IMG/VR virus record: IMGVR_UViG_3300028584_000098
Span: 1 to 64,000 of that record
Source of the DNA: a virus
Length of the DNA: 64,000 nucleotides
Direction: 5' to 3' (one strand)
The notes under the pieces are model-generated. The model had not been told where the DNA came from, made no database searches, and was given only the letters and a program-made list of their open reading frames with translations. The first letter of the stretch is position 1, and each line of letters opens with the position of its first letter. Both the position numbers and the translations under genes were made by a program. Below are positions 13,845 to 19,966 of the stretch, piece by piece.

Positions 13845-15421
13845 CCGAGTTCGTAAACGTCCTCTATGAGGTGGGCGTTCCGCGTGGCCTCCAAGGCTCA
13901 AACGCCTTCAATCTGGCTGACGCCGGGGCGGAGCTCAACTACTACATCGACGCCTCTACGGGTGTTGTCTCGCTGTCGCTGGCTGGTGGGACCAAGTACC
14001 ATCTGACCGGCTACATTGCCGTCAAACCGGGCGTCACCTATCGGCGTTTCAATGCTTCAGGCCCCATCGGATACTTCGACAGGAACCTGACTTGGATCTC
14101 CGGCGCGAGCCCCGGCACGACATTCACGCCGCCTGCTGACGCTGCATACGTGCGGATATCCATCGTTCGCAGCGCTTGGCGCAATTCCTGGCTGATCGTT
14201 AACGGCGGCGCGACCGTTTGGACCCCCTACGGAAACCGCATCGTCAATCAGGCGGTAAACCCGCTCCAGGTCGGCTATCTCCGCAACTCAAAATATCGGC
14301 TCGCAAAGCGACTGTTGCCGACGCCAGAGGCTGAGCGGATCATCATCAATGCAGCCGGAGACAGCTACACGCAGGCGCCAACCCGATGGACCGGCCCCTT
14401 CATGGATTACATGGCCGCGAAGTACGGCGATGGCGGCGGCGGCTGGTGCGGCTTCAGCTTCGCCTCAGCTGGAACGCCGCCCTACACCCTGGGTAACCAG
14501 CCCTCACTACTGAACGGCAATGTTCGACCCGCGACCTACCCGACCAAGGTGTACGGCTCGCCCACCGCCTCTTACGGCTCCAAGAACATGCCTGATATCA
14601 GCGCGATCACGCTGGCAGCGTCTGGCGACTACGTCTTTCAAGCCTTCCCCGCTACGCCGGTCCATAACGGTTGCGACCTGTTCTTTGAGGGCACATCCAA
14701 CGGCGTGGTCAAATACCGTTGGGGAACCTATGTGTCGGGCTCCGTCAGCGACCCGGCCAGCTATAGCTTTGGGTCTGATACGAATATCAACCTGCAAGGA
14801 GCGCTGGCTGCGACCCAAGTGGCGGACATCAAGACCGGCATGCCTAGCGGCGCGGGGGCGGTCATCGTTGAATGGGTCTCTGGCAGCTCCATCGTAAGCG
14901 GCGTCAACCTCAAGTCGGCGGCCAGCGGCGTAGTGGTCAACAAGCTGGCATGCAGCGGCTCTCAGGTCGCTAGTTGGACGAGCAAGACAGCCGCTCAATG
15001 GCAGGCGGGCATGACTGCCTTGGGCGGCGAACTCTTCGTCTTCATGGATGGTCCAAACAGCCAAGCCTCAACCATATTGCCCGCTGTCTGGCGTTCGTCG
15101 GTCGGGACGCTGATGACGCGCCTACGCACCGCGCTTCCCGCCTCAGACATCTTGCTGGCCACCCCGCCGGAGAACCAGCGCACCTACAACCGCATCAGCA
15201 TCCTGAGTTATCAGGTCGAGGCTGCGGCAGCGTCCATCGAGAACGCCTACACCCACTTGGACCTTCAAACGGCCTTCGGTGACGGCGGCAACGCTACCGA
15301 GTATGGCAGCGCCGGGATCGTCCCCTTGTTCAACGCCGACCTGCTGCATCCTGAACCCCTTACCGGCGGCAGGTTGCTCATGAAGGAGTTTGCGCGGGCC
15401 ATTGAGCCGATGGCCGCTTAG
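13841..15421 (+). CDS. SGNH/GDSL-family esterase with N-terminal lectin-like domain (tail-fibre/tailspike-type glycan esterase candidate)
   Basis: SGNH blocks appear in order: IINAAGDSYTQ (block I), GGGGWCGF (II), FMDGPNSQ (III), NADLLHPEP (V). The gene is high-GC and is the only long ORF with sensible composition in this island. Confidence 0.65.
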   Translation: MTEFVNVLYEVGVPRGLQGSNAFNLADAGAELNYYIDASTGVVSLSLAGGTKYHLTGYIAVKPGVTYRRFNASGPIGYFDRNLTWISGASPGTTFTPPADAAYVRISIVRSAWRNSWLIVNGGATVWTPYGNRIVNQAVNPLQVGYLRNSKYRLAKRLLPTPEAERIIINAAGDSYTQAPTRWTGPFMDYMAAKYGDGGGGWCGFSFASAGTPPYTLGNQPSLLNGNVRPATYPTKVYGSPTASYGSKNMPDISAITLAASGDYVFQAFPATPVHNGCDLFFEGTSNGVVKYRWGTYVSGSVSDPASYSFGSDTNINLQGALAATQVADIKTGMPSGAGAVIVEWVSGSSIVSGVNLKSAASGVVVNKLACSGSQVASWTSKTAAQWQAGMTALGGELFVFMDGPNSQASTILPAVWRSSVGTLMTRLRTALPASDILLATPPENQRTYNRISILSYQVEAAAASIENAYTHLDLQTAFGDGGNATEYGSAGIVPLFNADLLHPEPLTGGRLLMKEFARAIEPMAA

Positions 15422-15422
15422 A

Positions 15423-15451
15423 CCCCCACACCCCTACTCAGTTTGTGGGGG
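15423..15451 (+). terminator. hairpin immediately after the esterase stop (no U-tract)
   Basis: CCCCCACA (15423-15430) pairs with TGTGGGGG (15444-15451). Confidence 0.35.
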
Positions 15452-15529
15452 TGCTGGTCTCCCATCTGGCCCGATATTTGAGTCCAAGAGTTGCAGGCGG
15501 GACTTCGTTCATAGAGCGGAGTCCCGAAA

Positions 15530-15820
15530 ATGCACACCTTCTCACAAGCCGCCGCCAGCTACCTCGAACACGGCGGCGAGGCTCGATATCTCGCCCGCCT
15601 GGTCGAGCGCTTCGGCGCCGACGATGTGACCACGATCACGCCGATGGCGGTTCGAACCGCCGCGGTCGATCTCTATCCCGACGCCTCGCCTGCGACCCGC
15701 AACCGGCAGGGCATCACCCCGGCCCGCTGCGTCCTCTATCACGCCCATGAACTGGGCTGGCGCATGCCTGCGCCTGGCCAATTTCTTAAACTTATGAAAG
15801 TCAAGGATTATATAAAATAA
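15530..15820 (+). pseudogene. 5' stub of a tyrosine integrase gene (N-terminal SAM-like domain only)
   Basis: MHTFSQAAASYLEHGGEARYL...ITPMAVRTAAVDLYPDASPATRNRQGITPARCVLYHAHELGW resembles integrase N-termini. The reading frame leaves high-GC DNA at ~15,780 and ends 13 codons later in backbone sequence. No catalytic domain is present. Confidence 0.5.
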
Positions 15821-15823
15821 TTC

Positions 15824-15852
15824 TTGACTTTCACTGCCTAACATACTATACT
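15824..15852 (+). promoter_or_regulatory. sigma70-type promoter (family copy)
   Basis: TTGACT 15824-15829, 17 bp, TATACT 15847-15852. Confidence 0.8.
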
Positions 15853-15858
15853 ATTTAA

Positions 15859-16054
15859 ATCGAATATGAAATACTGATTGAAAAAACAGCGTAAGGGGTA
15901 ACGCCCTTCTGTTAGACTGCACAAAGTAAGGAGTCCTGCCCTGAAAATAAGCGCTAAGGGAATAAATAAGTGGCTTAGCGGCTGCAGATATAAGACCCAT
16001 GCATAGAATATCTGGCTTAGCGGCCTAATTTAATCAGTATCTCATATTTGATTC
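15859..16054 (+). ncRNA. ~195-nt structured leader RNA closed by a long-range helix; abuts tRNA-Gly
   Basis: ATATGAAATACTGATT (15864-15879) pairs with AATCAGTATCTCATAT (16032-16047). TGGCTTAGCGGC is duplicated (15971-15982, 16013-16024) around a CAGATAT/ATATCTG hairpin. No ORF. Confidence 0.5.
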
Positions 16055-16128
16055 GCGTCTTTCGTATAATGGTATTATCACAGCCTTCCAAGCTGAGGAC
16101 ACGGGTTCGATTCCCGTAGGACGCTCCA
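16055..16128 (+). tRNA. tRNA-Gly (TCC)
   Basis: TCGTATAATGGTATTATCACAGCCTTCCAAGCTGAGGA is close to my recollection of enterobacterial Gly(UCC). Acceptor GCGTCTT/AGGACGC, T arm ACGGG-TTCGATT-CCCGT, CCA encoded. Confidence 0.85.
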
Positions 16129-16136
16129 ATTTCTAC

Positions 16137-16213
16137 GCACCCGTCGTCAAGTGGTCCAAGACCGTGAGCTCATAACTCATTTATCACTGGTTCGAATCCA
16201 GTCGGGTGTACCA
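16137..16213 (+). tRNA. tRNA-Met or Ile2 (CAT)
   Basis: Acceptor GCACCCG/CGGGTGT, anticodon arm GTGAG-CTCATAA-CTCAT, T arm ACTGG-TTCGAAT-CCAGT, CCA encoded. Confidence 0.8.
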
Positions 16214-16238
16214 TATTTTCTTAACAAGGATACTGAAT

Positions 16239-16394
16239 ATGCGAACTGCTGTATATGATGAAGATGCTGTAGAGTTGTACGAAGATGGTACTCTTATTGA
16301 CACCCGGTACGTTGGTGATAAGAGTATTTACTGGATCGAAGATATGATCGAGAATTGGGAGTTAGGGTTAATTAATGCTGCGTTAGCTCAGTAG
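16239..16394 (+). CDS. small hypothetical protein (51 aa)
   Basis: ATG 16239 follows an AAGGA RBS and is in frame with track ORF 16206-16394. The last 6 codons and the stop (TAG 16392-16394) are encoded by the 5' end of tRNA-Thr. Confidence 0.45.
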   Translation: MRTAVYDEDAVELYEDGTLIDTRYVGDKSIYWIEDMIENWELGLINAALAQ

Positions 16395-16452
16395 GTAGAG
16401 CAACTCCTTTGTAACGAGAAGGTCGCCAGTTCGATTCTGGCACGCAGCCCCA
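16377..16452 (+). tRNA. tRNA-Thr (TGT)
   Basis: 76 nt with canonical numbering. Acceptor GCTGCGT/ACGCAGC, D arm GCTC-AGTAGGTA-GAGC, positions 34-36 TGT (weak anticodon stem), T arm GCCAG-TTCGATT-CTGGC, CCA encoded. Confidence 0.75.
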
Positions 16453-16460
16453 CTTTTTGA

Positions 16461-16532
16461 TGTTCTGGATATGGTTATCTCCCGCGGTCTCATAAGCTGC
16501 AGGATCGGGATCGAAACCCGATGGAACTCCCA
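16461..16532 (+). tRNA. atypical tRNA-like gene with CAT anticodon loop
   Basis: T arm TCGGG-ATCGAAA-CCCGA and CCA are good. Acceptor TGTTCTG/TGGAACT has a U1:U72 mismatch. The D hairpin GATA-TGGT-TATC is tiny. The anticodon stem extends to 9 bp (TCCCGCGGT/GCTGCAGGA). Confidence 0.4.
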
Positions 16533-16662
16533 AAAGTCTTTTGCCTTATAAAGTACGAGCCTGTTAGTGTCCATTGGAAGTGGGCTAATAGTGTCTTTCT
16601 AAGGGCCACACTAGCCCTGGATGATTCTGGTAGTGCGGGAGATAGTCACTTTATACCGCTAA

Positions 16663-16737
16663 GGACTTTTAGCTCAGTAGGTAGAGCGTCTGGTTGAAGC
16701 CCAGAAGGCCTCAGTTCAATTCTGAGAGGGTCCACCA
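16663..16737 (+). tRNA. tRNA-Phe (GAA)
   Basis: Acceptor GGACTTT/AGGGTCC, D arm GCTC-AGTAGGTA-GAGC, anticodon arm TCTGG-TTGAAGC-CCAGA, T arm CTCAG-TTCAATT-CTGAG, CCA encoded. Confidence 0.85.
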
Positions 16738-16739
16738 AA

Positions 16740-17447
16740 ATGAAATGTCCATATTGTAGTAAATTATTTAATTCCTGGAAATCAGTATCGGCTCATACAG
16801 CACACTGTTCTAGCAATTCGGGCGAGTACTATATACATAAAATTTATGGACCACTACATTATTCTACATTTAATACCTCTATAAAAGAAGTACGAGCACA
16901 ATATCCCTTAATTAACGATATATCTACAGTACTTAAAAACTTTGCTAAACGTAATATAGTAGTGGATTATACTCGTAGGCACCAGAGCCCTTCAGAACTG
17001 CTAGAAAATATTAGGATATTCTACAACAAATATAACAGAGTGCCTCAGTATAGAGACTTTTCAAATAACGTTCCACAATCTAAAGTATACGTTAGACGTT
17101 TTGGTTCCTGGAATGAAGCTATAAAAGCTGCTGGCTTTGAACCAAATGAAAACGATGGATTTGGTACTAGAACTATAGCTAATGATGGTGTGTTATATAG
17201 AAGTCACTACGAGACTATGTTTGTAAATAAGTTTCTATTTAACAAAGAGATTTATAAATACGAAGTAAAGTACTCAAGCCATAATAAATACTACGATTTT
17301 TATCTTCCTGAGCGTGACATTTATATTGAAATAGATGGAGGTTGTAGGCCTACTGTAATGGAAGAAAAGATTGAAATTAATAAAGAATTAGGTAGAAACT
17401 TATTTGTTATTAAAGGCAATGAAGTTGCTACTTTTAAAGGATTTTAA
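16740..17447 (+). CDS. free-standing homing endonuclease, paralog 2
   Basis: MKCPYCSKLF...HTAHC finger. The C-terminal ~115 aa are nearly identical to the 11346-12065 product. The ATG lies 3 nt after the CCA of tRNA-Phe, with no SD and no promoter. Confidence 0.6.
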   Translation: MKCPYCSKLFNSWKSVSAHTAHCSSNSGEYYIHKIYGPLHYSTFNTSIKEVRAQYPLINDISTVLKNFAKRNIVVDYTRRHQSPSELLENIRIFYNKYNRVPQYRDFSNNVPQSKVYVRRFGSWNEAIKAAGFEPNENDGFGTRTIANDGVLYRSHYETMFVNKFLFNKEIYKYEVKYSSHNKYYDFYLPERDIYIEIDGGCRPTVMEEKIEINKELGRNLFVIKGNEVATFKGF

Positions 17448-17537
17448 GGACGTGAACAGGTGTTCCAAGGGCCTTATACACCCTTTAGTCGGCAGATAAC
17501 CGATTTGGTCTGGTTTCGAGTACCAGTGCGTCTACCA
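17448..17537 (+). tRNA. 90-nt tRNA-like element (enlarged D arm, loop CAGATAA)
   Basis: Acceptor GGACGTG/TGCGTCT (wobble-rich), T arm CTGGT-TTCGAGT-ACCAG, A+CCA 3' end, D-like arm GGTGT-14 nt-ACACC, anticodon-like arm GTCGG-CAGATAA-CCGAT with A at position 33. Confidence 0.35.
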
Positions 17538-17559
17538 TTTTAACCAAAGGAAAAATTTA

Positions 17560-17790
17560 ATGACTGATATAACTGCATTTGTCGCTGCAATCGTAGGATT
17601 AGTGGTGCTGGTATTTTTAAGCCCTATTATTGCCGCCGGGTTTGGTGCACTAGCAGGCTGGCTAGTCGGTAGCGCGTTCGTAGGAACTGCAGCAACTGTT
17701 CTAGCTGTTACAGGACTTCAACCCTACCAGTGGGGCGCTATCCTAGCGTTTGCAGGTAGCTTCTTTAAGTCCTACTTACAACAAAAGTAA
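17560..17790 (+). CDS. small Gly/Ala-rich membrane protein
   Basis: Track ORF with two hydrophobic helices containing GxxxG-type spacing. Confidence 0.6.
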   Translation: MTDITAFVAAIVGLVVLVFLSPIIAAGFGALAGWLVGSAFVGTAATVLAVTGLQPYQWGAILAFAGSFFKSYLQQK

Positions 17791-17861
17791 GCCCCCGCCG
17801 AAGGAGCGGTACCGAGACTTCTAATCTTGGGAAACTGGTTCGATTCCAGTCGGGGGTGCCA
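17791..17861 (+). tRNA. tRNA-Arg (TCT), compact D arm
   Basis: Acceptor GCCCCCG/CGGGGGT, anticodon arm CGAGA-CTTCTAA-TCTTG, T arm ACTGG-TTCGATT-CCAGT, CCA encoded. Only 71 nt. Confidence 0.6.
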
Positions 17862-17867
17862 TTTCGT

Positions 17868-17941
17868 TCTGGATTCGTCTAATGGTAAGACGGTGGGCTT
17901 TGGTCCCGCAGATTGAGGTTCGATCCCTTGATCCAGAGCCA
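17868..17941 (+). tRNA. tRNA-Gln (TTG)
   Basis: Acceptor TCTGGAT/ATCCAGA (U1-A72 as in bacterial Gln), anticodon arm GTGGG-CTTTGGT-CCCGC, T loop TTCGATC, CCA encoded. Confidence 0.8.
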
Positions 17942-17944
17942 TCT

Positions 17945-18021
17945 CCAGGTATAGCTCAGCGTGTTAGAGTACTCCGTTTGGAGCGGAGGGGTCGTGAGTT
18001 CAAATCCCACTACCCGGACCA
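17945..18021 (+). tRNA. tRNA-Pro (TGG)
   Basis: Acceptor CCAGGTA/TACCCGG (one A:C mismatch), D arm GCTC-AGCGTGTTA-GAGT, anticodon arm CTCCG-TTTGGAG-CGGAG, T loop TTCAAAT, CCA encoded. Confidence 0.75.
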
Positions 18022-18062
18022 ATTTATAGGCTACTTATAGCCGCAGGCCCTCTAGGAGGACC

Positions 18063-18341
18063 ATGATAAAAGCACATAACTATAGCGGTAGTAAGTATCT
18101 TGCTGTTACAGGTACTAGCGCACGCGTTGGACCCTTTGATGCACAGGAATTGGTGATTTACTCACCAGTTACTGTGCATATTTGTATTGGGGATAGCTCA
18201 GTAACAGCTAGCAAAGGAGACGGCTCATTCCCCGTAAAAGCTGGGGATACTTTCTCTACTAGAATCGTACAAGGCCAATACGTTGCAGCCATACAAGATA
18301 GTATCGCCGGAACAATTTCGGTAATTCCTATTAAGTTATGA
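18063..18341 (+). CDS. hypothetical protein (first gene of the side-fibre cluster)
   Basis: Track ORF with an AGGAGG RBS. Confidence 0.65.
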   Translation: MIKAHNYSGSKYLAVTGTSARVGPFDAQELVIYSPVTVHICIGDSSVTASKGDGSFPVKAGDTFSTRIVQGQYVAAIQDSIAGTISVIPIKL

Positions 18342-18467
18342 TAGGAAAGCTACTATATTCTCCGGTACTATTGATAGTACAGCTCTTCACTAAGCTACTT
18401 AGCCCCGTTACTGGGGAGCAACTAATTAGCCCTATTACTAGTGAGGATCTGGGAGTACTCGAAAACA

Positions 18468-19379
18468 ATGGCTAGTAGAATATTAAACTCCGCGGACATA
18501 GCAGCAGCCGGTGGAGTGCTTAGCGGCGACGTAGGTACAATAACCGCCGTAATTGCCGCAAGTGAAAGTCAAACTGAACTTGCAGCTATAGCAACAGATG
18601 CGGCTAATGATGCTGCACTAGCGGCTACTACAGCCGCTGGACTTGCTAATACTGCAACTACAGCGGCTAATACGGCTACTAGTAACACAAATGCTGCTAT
18701 AACTGCAGCTAACACGGCTACTACTAATACAAATGCTGCTATAGCCGCGGCTACTACAGCTACTGGACTTGCTAATACTGCGACTACAGCGGCTAATACG
18801 GCTACTAGTAACACAAATGCTGCTATAACCGCAGCTAACACGGCTACTACTAATACAAATGCTGCTATAGCCGCGGCTACTACAGCCGCTGGACTTGCTA
18901 CAACAGCTACAACGGCCGCAACTGCTGCCGCCGCAGAGGCTACAGCTTCTGCCGATGCAGCCGACCTAATTACAGCTGCTGCGGAGGCATTCCTAGACAA
19001 TGTTAGTGGGCAAGAAATTGTAACTATTACAGCCCCTAGAATTCTTAGTGCCTCAGATAACGGAAAGCTTATTGCATTTAATGGAGCATCTCCTGGCTTA
19101 CTATACGCGGATGTAGGACTTCCTAATAGCTTTCAAGTAGAGATTATGAAAGCAGGTACGGGAAGTGTATTTACTATACCTGGTCCAGGAGCTACTATCG
19201 GTGCTGTAGCCGACGCAAAAGCTATAACAACTAGGTACGTTAGTGCTTGGTTAAGACAAATTGCAGATGGTTCATTTGTACTTACAGACGGAGACAGTAG
19301 TTCTTCGGCACCTAGTATTAATCGTCCTCTATTTAATAATTCTCTAGCGTCGGGCTTGGCCCTCGCTTGGTTCGCATAA
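18468..19379 (+). CDS. fibre-like protein with Ala/Thr/Asn-rich 42-aa tandem repeats
   Basis: ATG 18468 (GTG 18441 also possible). The repeat is AAGLANTATTAANTATSNTNAAITAANTATTNTNAAIAAATT, x2.3 copies, followed by a globular C-terminus. Confidence 0.6.
   Translation: MASRILNSADIAAAGGVLSGDVGTITAVIAASESQTELAAIATDAANDAALAATTAAGLANTATTAANTATSNTNAAITAANTATTNTNAAIAAATTATGLANTATTAANTATSNTNAAITAANTATTNTNAAIAAATTAAGLATTATTAATAAAAEATASADAADLITAAAEAFLDNVSGQEIVTITAPRILSASDNGKLIAFNGASPGLLYADVGLPNSFQVEIMKAGTGSVFTIPGPGATIGAVADAKAITTRYVSAWLRQIADGSFVLTDGDSSSSAPSINRPLFNNSLASGLALAWFA
18637..18915 (+). repeat. 126-bp tandem repeat (2 full copies plus a partial one)
   Basis: CTGGACTTGCTAATACTGC... recurs at 18637, 18763 and 18889. 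The two full copies differ at only a few positions. Confidence 0.85.
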
Positions 19380-19387
19380 GGAAAATC

Positions 19388-19966
19388 ATGGACTCAAAAA
19401 CTATTATAGATCAAGCGGGTAATCCCTTACTAATGGCAGGCCGTTTAGGCTCAGACGGTATTTTCCGTCCGGTTCACCACTCAGACGTTATCACTATTCA
19501 AACTGAAATTACCCGCCCAGCAGATACCGCTGCGTACCTTGCAGGCGATGCTATCGGAACAAGTGGTTCTGGTGTTATGAGTTTCAATATTGGTGCTCTT
19601 GGCCTAACAGCAGGGCTTATTGTTGGCGCTAGCTTAGTTCGTGACAAGGTAACAAACCCGGGAGTACGCTTTAGAGCTGCCATTCACGATGCTGCTATTG
19701 CCACAGCTCCGGCTGCTGATAATGCCCCAGCTCCTATGCTTTATGCCAATCGTGTGACTCGCCGTGGTTGGGTGGATTTCTTCACCTCAAACGCAGGCGT
19801 AGCCTCCGGGTCTAATGCACTAGAATATGCAGGTGTTCTTAGCAATCCACAAGGAATTGTTGTAGCTCCAAATGCTGGTATTCTATATTTAAGTCTACAG
19901 ACTTTAGATGCTTTCACTCCTGAAAGTGCTGGTAAGTTTATGATTGAGTTAGATATAGTAGTATGA
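19388..19966 (+). CDS. hypothetical protein (fibre cluster)
   Basis: ATG 19388 follows AAGGAA and is in frame with track ORF 19367-19966. Confidence 0.6.
   Translation: MDSKTIIDQAGNPLLMAGRLGSDGIFRPVHHSDVITIQTEITRPADTAAYLAGDAIGTSGSGVMSFNIGALGLTAGLIVGASLVRDKVTNPGVRFRAAIHDAAIATAPAADNAPAPMLYANRVTRRGWVDFFTSNAGVASGSNALEYAGVLSNPQGIVVAPNAGILYLSLQTLDAFTPESAGKFMIELDIVV

Larger units (their letters stand above)
13700..15780. other. horizontally acquired high-GC island 1
   Basis: The composition step is abrupt: line 14401 has 39/60 G+C, against 20-22/60 in backbone lines 30001 and 40001. Overlapping ORFs are open in most reading frames of both strands, which is typical of high-GC DNA. Confidence 0.8.

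Noticed and set aside
14507-15844. Multiple overlapping ORFs on both strands inside island 1 (14507-15064 -, 14520-14897 +, 14974-15282 +, 15143-15349 -, 15390-15750 +, 15542-15844 -).
   Set aside because: High-GC DNA lacks stop codons in several frames. These ORFs give Arg/Ala/Pro-rich low-complexity translations, have no RBS and are nested in the SGNH gene or the integrase stub.
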